Shown here: one piece after another, positions 1 to 13,330 of the stretch
How positions within the stretch are numbered: the stretch's first letter is position 1
Layout of the letters: every line of letters begins with the position of its first letter
Origin: Octopus bimaculoides
Lineage: Eukaryota
NCBI RefSeq assembly: GCF_001194135.2
Contig: NC_068992.1
Location: 30,348,268-30,393,333 of the forward strand
Reading direction: 5' to 3'
DNA: 45,066 nucleotides
Notes under the pieces: model-generated
What the model saw: the letters and a program-made list of their open reading frames with translations, nothing else
What the model was told of the DNA's origin: nothing
The model's database searches: none
Program-made: the position numbers and the translations under genes

Positions 1-960
1 ATATGGACGCACATACTTACATATAAGCACGAACACATAAGTGCGTGCACACATATGAGCGTGCACACATACGAGCTTGCACACACTCACATGCTCATAC
101 CAAACAGTTTCGAAACAACGCCAAAACAACGCCAGATCATATATTCAAAATAAATGGAAGTGGAGAGACAAGTTACTGAAGAGATTGCAAGAGTGCAATG
201 AAATAATTTAACAAAAAACTATATAAATTAATAAAGGACTGAACCAGTGCGTGTGTTTATTACCGGCATAATGCCTCTCCCAAGGTTTAATTGTATTTCT
301 TTCAACACACGTATCCACATCAAGAATCTTGCACACGAAATACACATACGAAATATGTATATGTATGTATATGTGTACACAGAGAGAGAGAGAGACACAC
401 TCACAAACACACGCATATGAATATATATATGCACATATGCATATATAATTACCGTATATATATATACACACATACTCACACACATACATTCCCTTCAGAT
501 TTCCACACAATTGTCGACGCCTAAATGACTGAATTCAAAGAAATGATTGGCCACGTGTTATAAGAGAAATGTCAAAAACGCCGCGTAGTGAGCCTGAATC
601 TGAAGGCACCTGGTTACAAAACGAGCTATTTTACCGTATGTCTGCATCTGACATTGTAGCCAAATTTCTTTTACTGATGTTTCGTTTTATTATAGGAGAG
701 AGTAAAACCAAATGTCTAAATATCCTTTATTTCTACACGACCATTATAGCGTTGCTTAATTTCTTCGTTGGTGAAACTAAATCTAGAAAGACAATTAACG
801 AGTCTACTGTACGAAATACGTCGAAAATTGGACAGCAACATTTTGAGAAACGCCACCTCTTAAAATATACAATATAATAATGAAATGTTCGAATTTCTTA
901 TGCACTAAGTTTGACAGTCGTTAACTCTAATGTTTTAACCTGCCAATTTTTTTTGTTTTA

Positions 961-1312
961 CAACGCCTTAAAGCATTGCAGCTGTATTCTCTTCGGCGCC
1001 GCCGTGAACAATATTTCATTTGCACAATGTGGATAATATACGAAAAGCATTGCTCAAACACCCTCAGCATCAGTTTCAGAATTCATCCAACACTAAGATA
1101 ACGTGACATACGTCCCCCGTATATAAATACACTGCAACTCAATTTCTTTTCCTCAAAAAGCCCTGCCCTATTTAACATTGTCCCTAAACAAATCAATGAG
1201 GCAAAATATCTCATCACCTTTGAACGGAATCTGGACAAATTTTGCAAGGGATACCAGATAAGCCACATATATCTAATCACAACTAACTCAACAGGAATTC
1301 CCTACTCGAATG
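961..1312 (+). mobile_element. CR1-type non-LTR retrotransposon, decayed 3' end of ORF2
   Basis: Manual translation gives QRLKALQLYSLRRRREQYFICTMWIIYEKHC...SPALFNIVPKQINEAKYLITFERNLDKF/LQGIPDKP...NRNSLLEW across frameshifts. This matches the CR1 C-terminal pattern ERLK.L.LYSL.RRRERY...GP.LFN.LP...FK..LDK.L..IPD.P...NSL. Confidence 0.8.
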
Positions 1313-2184
1313 GTTCATGATACCACAAAACTTGACTTAAAAAGGATTTTACAAATCCTAACAGTTAATACTATTAATTTAGGGCCTGGATTAATCTTTG
1401 GTCGAATGATATCTAAGTTTTTATATTTTTTGTTACTTGTGTCACGTATGCTGTGTCTTTATAGTTTCTTGTATTTCGCAATACATGTTCCGATTTATTT
1501 TGTAATCGCATACCTATGTATGTTGTTTTGTAACACAGCCTCATTATCTGACTTTCGTCACTGTAGCATGACATTGGCAAATAGATATTTTCTAATTTGG
1601 AAAATTTTCCTTACAAGTATACAAATTATAATTAGTAGCTTGTCTTTAATCTATCTTATTTTTGCGTATTTCAGTTTTCACTAAATTATTAATGTATGGA
1701 ATTTCTTCAGAGTCTCATTAACTGTTCGTGAGAGTTCCATCCTTTATTAAGATACCTTCATTAATCACTGGAACGCTTCACAAAACGTCGATAAAGATTA
1801 TTCAGCGGTGTAGAATATATCTGTGATGGTAAAATAAGATGTTTATGATATCAAGACTCACTATATGCATATTGTGACGAACACGCTCCATTAATTTTAA
1901 ATTCCAGCTTAAATATTTTTAGATTCGATTTCTGTTCTTCATCTCTAGGCTGGTTATAATATGGCGTTATGAAGATAATTTGCGATGTAAAATTTGAATG
2001 GATCAAGGATGAGAGACGGAAAAACAGAACGAATCTGAATAACAATGATCGTGCAAACGATGACATCTAGAAGTCGAGTCAGCATATATTGTTTCTAATT
2101 TCGGGAAATGGCTTCTGTAGTTATTAAGCCATATATTATATTTAGAAATCCGCTCGTACTTATAAAATTTCGTGTTATATATAC

Positions 2185-2330
<146 letters not shown>

Positions 2331-2336
2331 GGTGAA

Positions 2337-2667
2337 GGTGCATAGCTCAGTGGTTAGAGCGTCGAGCTTATGATCGTGAGGTTATGAGTTCGAATCCCGG
2401 ACCGGGCTGCGCGTTATGCTCTTGAGCAAGACACTTTATTTCACGTTGCTCCAGTTCACTCAGCTGTAGAAATGAGTTGCGACGTCACAGGTGCCAAGCT
2501 CTATCGGCCTTTGCCTTTCCCTTGGATAGCATCGGTGGCGTGGAGAGGGGAGGCTGGTATGCATGGGCGACTGCTGGTCTTCCATAAACAAACTTGCCCG
2601 GACTTGTGTCTCGGAGGATAACTTTCTAGGTGTAATCCCATGGTCAGTCATGACCGAAGGGGGTCTC
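2337..2667 (+). mobile_element. tRNA-derived SINE, near full length, CORE/Meta-like central domain
   Basis: Pol III A box TAGCTCAGTGG (2343-2353) and B box GAGTTCGAATCCC (2386-2398). Central tract tgctcttgagcaagacactttatttcac...cactcagctgtagaaatgagt resembles conserved SINE central domains. The 3' body recurs inverted at 6515-6660. Confidence 0.9.
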
Positions 2668-5600
2668 AGCATATATATGTATATATATAAAGAGAGTGAG
2701 TGAGAGAGAGTGAGGGAATAATAAATAGATAGATAGACACATACATACATATACATTCATAGTTTATTACATTTGACGAGGTTATTTGTATTTGACGAGG
2801 TTATTCTGGTTCTTTGTATTCCGAGTTCAAATACTGTCTCCTCCCAATTGAATACATGTAGACGGACAGGACTCTTCGATGATCGTCTAACGTAGACAGA
2901 TTTCCACAAGAGACTGGACGTTGTATCGATTCAATCAAAATATTGGCTGTTACCGTATAATCAATATTCAGCATGCTCTAATTGGTATGAGCTTTAAAAG
3001 ATTAAAACTTCTTTCAGAAACAGCCTTCACTGGGAAATTAATATGTAATGTTAATATAACGAATTATACAATAATGACTTCATTCAAATATTTTAATTGA
3101 TGAATGCACCTATGCGCTTAGTGCATTCCTAAATTTATTGTTTTTATGCGGGTTTTGTCACTATAATTTGAAATTTAATAAATGTCATAAATTCATATAC
3201 ACTCTTTAAATCCCACATCCGCCTCTTCTCTCTCACCTCACACTCATTCTTATTGATCATTGTCCGGTACTGAGAATTGTTATAGAGAGGATAGAGAGAA
3301 CTTGATAATTAATGGTAGTCCCAGGTTTGTTTTAACTTCTTGTCTGCCTGTAAAAAAAAGAAAAAGCAAACAAACAAATGCATTCCTTATATTTCCCTGC
3401 TCATAACGCAACCGCTAGCCTGCTGGCTATATAAAGGAAACAATACAAAACTTTATTAATGTAAATAATTGTATATCTTATATTAGCATGCATATGTTTG
3501 CCTCCGCAAGCCGTCAGTGAATTCAAATAAAATCTAGTCATTCTTGGAGCACGAAGTCCTCTGTATAGATTCTCTTTATCAAATATATAAGCGCAATTAA
3601 ATAGTGGAACGAAGAGGGAGCCTCTACACAGTGAATCATCCAGCTGAGGAGACATGAAATCATGTAAACACCTATAATACTGCCATTTTTCAGGTTACTA
3701 ACAAAACAATTTTCGGTTTTATGGTTGTGGAATTATAGCTGCAAATATGTCAGTTATTCTAGTTGAAATATTATCGCATATAAGTTTATTCAATCAAGCG
3801 ATATTCTGAAGTGAAGAAAAACCTACGTAAATTACAAAAACTATCTATGTTGACAATCTATTCCCTGTTATATCAGTTAAATGTTGGATAGAAATTCCTA
3901 AATATTTCCTCAAGTCATATTTTTTGTGAATATTTAGTAGGTTTGTCGCCACCGAGACAAGAATCTTGTTTGCTTAACCTGAAACAGGTCAATAATAGCT
4001 AGAAATCATTTTCCAAGAAGTGTGAGACATGAAGCTTATTGTCTCTATTCCTTCAGCCAAGGACTTCTTTCACGTCATAGACGATACCTATTAAGAATGT
4101 GTTTAACACAACATTCAATCCATACGAATATAGCATCGACCAGTGGGAAGTTATTGTTATGCTTACAGAGAGTAACGCAACTCTAGTCCGAAAACTCTAC
4201 AATAAGTTTTAATCAATAATAATCCAGTTCCAGTAAATGAGACAATCATTACATATCAAAAGTGACCTTAAAATCCTACATTAGTTTTAATATACAGATA
4301 TTTAAAAAGAGAAACTGTATCATGTACTTGTTTATTTCTAATAAAATGAAGATCACAAAAATATATATTATATTATATAACCGATTGACAGGAACTTGAA
4401 TTCATTGTATTTACTGTTTCGTAGTCACTCTACAGCAAGAATAGTTTTTGTTTGAGATACCAGCCTTTGTTTACATTTAATATTTATTATTAAACGGAAT
4501 TTCTGCAAAACCAAAACGTATCTATCATAATGACATGATGTTATTGAAAAGATTAAAGGAACAATATATATAATTTTGACAAATGATATTTATAAACAAA
4601 AGTTATGAAACTACAAAAGCCGAAGTTTTACAACATATCTAACATAACCAACTTTTAACAAATATTGTTCTACAAGATAGAAGTTATATTATAATTTTTT
4701 TGAAGTTTATTGTACTGTGAAGAAAACAATAATTATCCCATAATAAAAAAAGTTCCTTTTATTTTGTCCACAAAGGAATTGAGAAACTTGTGAAAGTGTG
4801 ACATATATGTTTGCTCTCGTGTGATTGACTTTACAAATATCTAATAAATATAATCGTTAGAATTTATTTTCTGATTGAGTTCTGTCGAAGAACAGCGTGA
4901 TCCAGATTTACGATCAAGAGTATTCAACTGTGACTATCGCACGTTGCTTAGAGATAATTAAGAATACATTAAAATGTGTACAAACATATAAACATAGCTA
5001 TTACTTCAGAGACGTAGATGCAGTTTCTTTAAATTAGGTAGTTAAACCAAGATTGTTGGTGTACAATATACGGATCTTAAATGAAGACTTAAGAAAGAGT
5101 ATATTTCATAGTTGCAATGTCCAGAAGCAATTAACCATCATTTGGGTTAGGTGAGAGATATGTTATTCACTTGAAGGTCTCTCAAAAGGTATATTATCAC
5201 GCTATATCTTATTCCATTCTTCTCCCAGTGCAATTACTCAAATATTATTTTGAATGCAGTATAATCATGTAAACTGTGATTTCACTACTTTAAAAGAAAT
5301 TAGTTTCATCTAACGATTACAACGAGAAAGCACTTTTCAATTATTCTCGGTTTAAAACGTGGGTCAATCAAATATTAAACAGAAACTAAGCCAGATAATA
5401 AACAACACGATTTATAGATATGCATGCACTGTATGTAGAGACCAAATATACTTAACGCTCAAAATATATTTTCATGAAGATATACGTTGCATTGTTTTAT
5501 TATGTCACTTGAGTTGACAACATTGATTATCCGTGTTTGTGCGCTTCTATATATGTGGGTGTGCGTGTGTTTGTATATGTGTGTCTGTAACTCTGTCTCC

Positions 5601-5891
5601 TTGTGTGTGCATGTCTGAGTGTGTGTATATATGGTCATGTGTTTCAGTCTTCATCTGTGTATGTCTGCGTATGTGTGCTTGTCTGTTCATATAACCTATG
5701 TTCCTCTCTGCCTGTATGTTTACTTTTATGTCCATATGCTTACATATATGCGCATATACATATATATACATAAACTCTCTCTCACACACACACATACCTA
5801 TATACACACATACATCTATGTGCATAACAACCACTAACTATTCTACTCTGCGTGTGTAAAACTGGGTATGGGGGTATATCTACTATGTATA

Positions 5892-6065
5892 TCACCTGTT
5901 TAGTTTTGGGGAGGTTTCATTTATGAGGATGTACTCCTGTATTTGTCTGAGTGTTGGGTCCTTTGGGTGCTTGAATAAGATGCGGATGTCAAGTTGACCC
6001 ATGTTGCCTCCATGTAGATCCTTGGAGTGTTGGTAGAGTATATAGGACTGTTTGGAGGAATGTTT
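5892..6065 (-). mobile_element. Penelope-like element GIY-YIG endonuclease C-terminal fragment
   Basis: Open 57-codon frame with no ATG, so absent from the ORF track: KHSSKQSYILYQHSKDLHGGNMGQLDIRILFKHPKDPTLRQIQEYILINETSPKLNR*. Fits the PLE GIY-YIG tail H....H......RI.......L.RQI.E...I....P.LN. Confidence 0.75.
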
Positions 6066-6212
6066 TAGAAAAATAAAGAAGAAATAAGTGGAAATTTTAC
6101 CGGCGAGTGTGTTAAATTCTAAGGCACTAAAAGAGAATGACTCTCCTCAGACACAACAGTATATGCTTCAATACACGAACTCACATAAAGAATCTTGTAA
6201 ACCGAATCCCAA

Positions 6213-6250
<38 letters not shown>

Positions 6251-6339
6251 GCTCTCTACTGTCTCTGACTTTCATGGAACTTACTGTCACAAATACATAG
6301 ACACATACATCCGCACACACACATGCACGCACATACACT

Positions 6340-6495
6340 TGCAGACACACACACGCACACGCACGCGCGCACGCACGCACACGCACGCGCGCACACGCAC
6401 GCGCGCACACGCACGCGCGCACACGCACGCGCGCACACACGCACGCGCACACACACGCACGCGCGCACACACGCACGCGCGCACACACGCACACA
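6340..6495. repeat. CpG-rich alternating purine-pyrimidine repeat (CACG/CGCG/CA, ~14-bp higher-order unit)
   Basis: Recurrent acacgcacgcgcgc units visible directly. Confidence 0.9.
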
Positions 6496-6514
6496 TACAT
6501 AAAGTGTTTTAAAA

Positions 6515-6660
6515 CCCCCTTCAGTCATTAGTAACCATGGAATTGCATCTAGGAACTTCCCTTCCGGGGTACACGTGAAGACAAGGTAATTTACGGAAGA
6601 CAAGCAGTCATCTACGCATATGAACCACCCTTCGCCGGGCCATCAACGTTGCCTATACAT
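6515..6660 (-). mobile_element. Diverged 3' fragment of the SINE family at 2337-2667
   Basis: Reverse complement (...gatgactgcttgtcttccgtaaattaccttgtc...ttcctagatgcaattccatggttactaatgactgaaggggg) aligns with 2520-2667 (...gcgactgctggtcttccataaacaaacttgccc...ttctaggtgtaatcccatggtcagtcatgaccgaaggggg). Confidence 0.8.
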
Positions 6661-7409
6661 ATCTGAGAGATAAGCAATGATAAACTTGGATGGTATATTT
6701 TCTTGGAGCACATAAAAGCGGTTACAGAACAAAGGAAAAAAGAAAACAAAACAGAAGAAAATGTTATGTATAATATCGATATCGCTTTCAAGTCAGTCAT
6801 AACTTACCTAATGACCATATTGATACGCATAATATGCGCATGATGCTGTGTGTATGTTTCTTGCAGACTGTCCCGATGAAATTCGTAGACCAACTTAGGT
6901 TTACATTGTCAAGAGCATGATGAGAAATGTATGTTTCCGAGCACTTTTTACGAATATACATAATACAAATTTAAATGGTGAACAAGAACAGAATGGAGAA
7001 GTGAGGAACCGGATGGAAAAATCGCGGGGAATAGATGTAAATCTTGCTGACATTCGCCAAAGTTCCTTGTTTCTGGAGTCTGTTTAATCGTATGTATATA
7101 TATATACACGAGAGAAAAAAGCCAGGTTAGTTCCTCCTCAACTGTTCGCGATTATCAAAGAATATGTATTTTCATACTTACACTGTTTTAAAGAATATGT
7201 ATATGTATTTTTCCATATATGTATTTTCATACTTACACTGTTTTAAACATTTTCATCTTTTTATCAGAGAATGTGTGATAATCAGTATGTAACACTACAA
7301 AGTTCATACAAAGCTTTATACTTTAAATATATTCCCCTTATTATCATCAAAGACTGTATATATGCATTTTAATACTCAAACTGTTTTTTAAAATTTTTTA
7401 TTATTCTCA

Positions 7410-7503
7410 NNNNNNNNNNNNNNNNNNNNNNNNNNNNNNNNNNNNNNNNNNNNNNNNNNNNNNNNNNNNNNNNNNNNNNNNNNNNNNNNNNNNNNNNNNN
7501 NNN
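7410..7503. other. Assembly gap (N run); other gaps at 9771-9780, 12910-12919, 13792-14267, 23960-23969, 33732-33935, 37382-37712, 42507-42810, 44148-44433
   Basis: N characters in the sequence; most gaps abut (TA)n or other simple repeats. Confidence 1.
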
Positions 7504-9721
7504 TATATATGAGAGTGTGTAAGGGGTAACTGTGTATGAATGCGTGCTGGATGCGTGTGTGTGTGTGTGTTTCTGGATATTACCACGTGTGCGAGTGGGA
7601 GTTTGTGTGTGTTGATGCTCGTGTTGTGTGTATCTTTGTATATGTGCAAATGAAATATGTCATGAAAGCTGAACAACAATCGTGATATTTTTAATCATCA
7701 ATAATTAAGAATTAAGGTGATTCTTTCCCCCTAGACTGATATATTCCGATAGTAATTGAGGGGAAATATATTCTTATGATATTCATAACTTTTAGATTCG
7801 ATTAAATATTGATGCAATACTGAAATATAGATGACTTTTGTGTTGAAATGGAGGAGAATCACAAACTTTTGTCTCTGTTCTCTGTAATATCATTTCACCT
7901 GAAGGTTAATCTCTGCAATATAAAATACCAGCCATTGGCTATATATAGACTCTATGAGGAAATGATCTTGTCCAGTGAATATATGCGGGTGGTGTATAAA
8001 ATCAATATAGAATTTAAATTTGATTATAGTATGTAGAAAAATGGATGTTTTTGTGAATTCTTATTTTTCACTGGAATTTTAAATGGATTTATTGATACAA
8101 TAAACAATAAGTTTCTATTAAAGTACGGCGTGATATTAGACAAATTCATGTAAACAACACGTGATTTTATACTTAGCAAATATTTTATGAAATATTTATT
8201 GGATCTTGATACTATGATTTATGTAAAACTTCGAAGAACGACCATTTTATTTTTGTAGACCTTGCTACAAATGCCATCACAATGCACATTTTACAATAGC
8301 TATTATCTCCATATGGTATTCAGCTTGGTTATCTTCCACAGATAGCACTATTGCTTTCTTACTTTCAATATTCACTTTTTACGCATAGTCTTAGGTGCTA
8401 ACAACCTCGTATTGAAACACTATCTACATTTGCTATAATGATTTACGTTCCGTTACAGTTTATTAGAAATCAATAACACCCACTTAGATAGCTAAATATA
8501 AAATCTGTTCCAGGTTAGCTACCAGTTTTATGATGGTCTCAATAGTACAACCTATTGTGTCTTTCGATCATAATATGACTTAGTTGTAGAGGTAAGTGAT
8601 ACTTATAAAGCTGAACACATTTACAGATATTTTGCATTATTGACACTATATCATGCTACATTAGATGGTTTTCAAACTTGTTAAAATTTTGGGGAAGCTG
8701 TTTTCAGAACATCTATAGTAATTATAAGTTGTCATTTAGAAGTAAAAATTGTCAAGGGAACCAGCGATGTATTGAACCGTCCAAGTGGACATATGTTTCA
8801 ACAAATGCCTCTTAATGAGAATGGTAGGATTTTTCTATTCTAAACTACGTAGTGTACAAACTCTTGTATAAATAACTTGCAATACTACATAAATTAGTAA
8901 AGTGTCCACACTATACATGATATTGTAATGGTGCATAACATCTGACTATTGAGGGAAAAGGCTGGTGTTTAAAATGTGCAAATTGTTTATATCGAAATTG
9001 CATTTCAATAGGAGACTGAGTTCTGTATCTCTTACAACTACGACTACCAAAAGTCATTTCAGCTTTTGCTTATACTTCTTCATTATATCAGTTGCTTTCT
9101 ATAATGCAAAACTGCTGATTTTGTGGAGTAGAAATCAATTAAGATGTTAGATTAATAACATAAATGTGAATGAATGCCGTGTATATCTCTTCTAGAATAT
9201 ATTAAGGAAACTATTATAATAAAGTTTCGCCGAAAAAGTTTAAAATAAATATGATTTCCAGCCACATTATTCTTGACAATAATAATTGCTTCCATTGACT
9301 GTTGGAATTCTATAAAATTAATTTCGTAATTTTCTATCGATACGTTACATTAACGAAAACCCATCCATTTATGAAAAAATATATATATAAATGACTCCTG
9401 AATGTCTGCAGTTTTTAAAATAAAATGTCTACTTCGGTCTAATTTTGAAATGTGTACTTATAGTTACACATTCAAGAATGTTCATTTGAGAAGTCTTCTC
9501 GATTACGTGACTTAATACCCGTATCTTCCCGCTGTTATATAATTCCTAATTTATGTGTATGAGGTAAGTGAATTATCAATGACATTTGCAATATGTATTT
9601 TTCACTCAAAATACAAAGTACACCATTAGTTAGTCGTTATATATCTTAACTTCAGTAGTAACATATATATATCATTATTCATGTGAAAGACATGCATGGA
9701 AATGGAAATGCATACCCATAA

Positions 9722-9770
<49 letters not shown>

Positions 9771-9780
9771 NNNNNNNNNN

Positions 9781-9869
<89 letters not shown>

Positions 9870-10868
9870 CACTTAAAAACTGATATATGTGTGTGCATGT
9901 GTGCGTACATGTACGAACGTGTGTGCGTGTGCGCGTGCTTCAGTGTGTGCCTGTGTCTGTCTGTGTGTGTGTAAGTCCACGTTAGAATGGACGACAACGT
10001 TTGCTGTTGAAGATTTTCTTATTAAAACATTCATTTATTTTTTATCAATATTTCGACATTTAATTGGCCTGATGCAGAGGAATTTTGACAAACTGATTTT
10101 GAAATTCAATCGGTATAATACCCGGAAAAGGCAAAATGTTTTCACGATAATTAACTATCCAAGAAAACCCTCAAACATGCATTTACTATAGAAGTGAGTG
10201 GGAAAATTATGTAATTGTCATATGCACGCTTACGCATAAATACATGTATAATATCTACGCGCACGCGTGTGTGCGTGTGTATTTGAGTGTGTTTGTGTAT
10301 TTATGTATAGGTATATATATGTGTGTGCTGGTGTCTCAATGTGAGTGTGTTAGTATAAATATGTATGTGTGTGCATGCTTATAACTGTTTATAAATATCA
10401 ATAATATTCTCTGTATAACATATAATTTACGAGGAAACGGGTTTGCTAAACGCAGCATAATGCTACATAATCGCCAATGAGATTCCGGCCACATGCTTTT
10501 TGAATAAAAGTCGTCTCCAATGATAAAACGATCAAAGCACCTCGCCACAAATTGCTAAATGATTTAGCAGAAAGACGCATGCATCTGTTTCTACTATCGC
10601 TGTTGATGAGAATTTGTCCACACAAATTCCGTTTGTATATTAGGTAGTATATTAATCCTCTCCAGCGTATTGATCATCTCTTTATATTTTATAAAAGTGA
10701 GTATCTTCTAAGCAATTCCCTGGTGTAAGAAACGATCCCAGGATATAATTATAATATGATCAGTTATACTGGATTACACGTTAAAGCACACTGTATGCAT
10801 AACAAATTATGGATACTTACATACAGACATATATACATACATACATACATACATACATACATGTATAC

Positions 10869-10899
<31 letters not shown>

Positions 10900-10949
10900 T
10901 GTATACATACATAATATATATATATATATATATATACTATTTCCTTATA

Positions 10950-11323
10950 TTTTTCGGCCATTAGACTGCAGTCAGCTGGGTCACCGTCTTGATGAATTTT
11001 AGTCGATGAATTGTCCGCAGGTCTTATATATTTATAGCCTACTTCATATTCTATCGGACGCTTTCATAGAACCGCTATGTAACGTGGATTGGCACACCAA
11101 TTTCAGGTTAGTTAGAGACGGTGGGGACACTCACAAACACACACACACATACACTCATGCATAAGCACACAGACCCACACTCAAATACACACACACACTC
11201 ACTGACACATACTTACACAAGCACGCACTCACACACACACATGACGGGCTTCTCTCTATTTCTGTTTACCATATCCACTCACAAGACCTTAGTCAGCCCA
11301 AGATGAAATAGAACGGCGCCCAG
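10950..11323 (-). mobile_element. Diverged SINE of the CORE-like family with internal (TG)n (head missing)
   Basis: Reverse complement contains gggctgactaaggtcttgtgagtggatatggtaaacagaaatagagagaagcccgtc, then a (TG)-rich spacer, then ...tagcggttc...caagacggtgacccagctgactgcagtctaatggccgaaa. Collinear with the copy at 37713-38105. Confidence 0.8.
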
Positions 11324-11629
11324 GAATTTCATAGAAAGCATTTTTTTGACAAAACAATATTGATGATGAATCAAATGCTTCATAATGAAACCATATAACA
11401 GTTGAAGGAAGGTGAGAGCCACATTTTGGACAAATTCTGATATTTTGTAAGAAATGTTCCTAATAATTTACAACCCCATCCAACATTTAAATTAAACACC
11501 AGTCAAAATAATTGGAAAATCATCAGTAAAATATAGCTATGAGAGCAGCAGATAAACGTAGTAGTATAGTCATTAAAGACCTAGGAAATTACATAAACTT
11601 TGTACTATATCTAATATGTAACATCGCCT

Positions 11630-11930
11630 ATCTTGAATAGCTAAACAATCACCAATAATTCGAAAATGATTTCACGGTCTCCACCCAACCGTCCAAAGAA
11701 GACTGAAGAGAAAACAAAAGGTACTAACGAGATTTGAGTGCAAAACTAGCAATTTGTACGGGCTCCAAAACTCCGCATTCCAAATATCCCACGTTATGAT
11801 ACATCGTGATATACCCGTCTGGAAAAAGAAATAGACTCAGTGCCTTTATTGATATAGTCCTAAACCCCATTCTTAAACGTATACCGATCTTCATATTTGA
11901 TGATTTAGACTTTGTACACCATGTCTAGAG
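11630..11930 (+). mobile_element. Penelope-like element RT N-terminal fragment, decayed
   Basis: FECKTSNLYGLQN at 11733 and RLSAFIDIVLNPILKRIPIFIFDDLDFVHHV* at 11833-11928. These are homologous to FESKRSSCYGLRKIHK and RLSNLTDITFIPLYTHIPSFIRYDIDC in the 32.6-33.5 kb fragment. Confidence 0.75.
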
Positions 11931-12199
11931 CAAATCCAGCTGCAGCATCTACGATTACCTTACAAATTTGCGCAACACTACTTGCTGACATGACACTAGG
12001 ATTAACCAATTAGATGTTACTTCTGCCCCTGACTAGACCGCCACGTACAAACTATATATTCAGCCGAGCGGAACGTCAGAATACAAGTGACGTGATATAT
12101 ATATGTATATGTGTGTTTGTGCGTGTGTGTGTGTGTGTGTGTGTATGTGTGTGTATGTGTGTGTGTGCGTGTGTGCGTGTGTGTTTGTGTGTGTATAGA

Positions 12200-12706
12200 C
12201 TAGCTGACGTACCCGGTAATATCCGGAAAAGCGGTGCATATCTCTTGGTTTCCTTTCTCATAATTGGCTTGCTAATCCAATAACAACAATACAAAGTAGC
12301 CCTAAAACGGTTTTTGTGCATTTACAGACAATACCGAACTATTTCACCGAGGCTCTTGTTTTTAGGAATTCACACTAAGTTATGAATATCCAAATTGTGA
12401 AGTCAGTTATGAAATAAACAAATGTAGAATTGCCTTGACCTCCCATAGCACGCATCCGGGTGTCCTGGTCAAGTTATGTCTCATTATAAACGGCGTTATT
12501 TAAAGTGGTAATTTTCGCTGCGCCTTGTCTTTGGATTCTCTCTAGATGTCGTCTGCTAAGCTGATTTTGTGGATCACTCAAAGCTTGTGAGGTTCACACA
12601 AGCCACATGTCATCAACATGATAGAAAATAGCTGGCGCACTTGATTTAGTGCTGTGCTGTCTGCTGCCTTCTTCAGTTTCTGGTCCCAGTGTGCATCCCC
12701 CTCAAG
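12200..12706 (-). mobile_element. Internally deleted Helitron: RepHel fragment plus 3' hairpin-CTAG terminus
   Basis: The minus strand from 12706 reads LEGDAHWDQKLKKAADSTALNQVRQLFSIMLMTCGLCEPHKL*VIHKISLADDI, matching the Helitron Rep-helicase linker LLEDD.HWD..L.EAA......LRQLF.I.L..C....P..LW..HK.SL.EDI. Downstream it ends ccgg-atatta-ccgg gtacgtcag CTAG|T (CTAG at 12200-12203). Confidence 0.8.
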
Positions 12707-12730
12707 TATGTATATATATATATATATATA

Positions 12731-13014
12731 TAATGGAATGCGAATCGGCAACATTCGTTAATTTCTTTAAAATGGCGTCAAAACTCCGAAATATTGAACG
12801 GAAGGTAGTTTAAATAAATATATTTGTTTTCTTGTGATCTGCCTAGCCTTTACTTTGCATTGTTCTGGCCTTACACCTGATCCTTTATACAATATATATA
12901 ATATACATANNNNNNNNNNGAGTATATGCATATTTCCAATAATATTTAGCAACGCAAAATATGAGTTTCATACTTTGCGGAACTCTGTTACTTTTGCTAA
13001 ATACACACACGCAG

Positions 13015-13047
<33 letters not shown>

Positions 13048-13112
13048 GATATATATATATATATATACATACACACAAAAACACACACACGCACACACAC
13101 ACACACACACAG

Positions 13113-13153
<41 letters not shown>

Positions 13154-13330
13154 ATGGAATGCGAATCGGCAACATTCGTTAATTTCTTTAAAATGGCGTC
13201 AAAACTCCGAAATATTGAACGGAAGGTAGTTTAAATAAATATATTTGTTTTCTTGTGATCTGCCTAGCCTTTACTTTGCATTGTTCTGGCCTTACACCTG
13301 ATCCTTTATACAATATATATAATATACATA
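12731..13330. repeat. Exact 179-bp direct duplication (12731-12909 = 13152-13330) spanning a 10-N gap
   Basis: Identical by direct comparison; the first copy ends exactly at the gap. Confidence 0.95.

Noticed and set aside
1310-1684. 124-aa hydrophobic ORF suggesting a membrane protein
   Set aside because: Hydrophobicity follows from the T-rich composition; there are no motifs, and it starts at the end of a CR1 remnant.
2337-2410. tRNA gene
   Set aside because: A and B boxes are present, but there is no paired acceptor stem and the sequence continues into a SINE body.
3401-3690. Possible terminal exon on the minus strand with an AATAAA near 3450
   Set aside because: Poor acceptor, no recognisable peptide in any frame, and AATAAA is common in AT-rich DNA.
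4410-4445. CTGTAGA...CGAAAC on the minus strand as a hammerhead
   Set aside because: The core is non-canonical and stem I does not pair.
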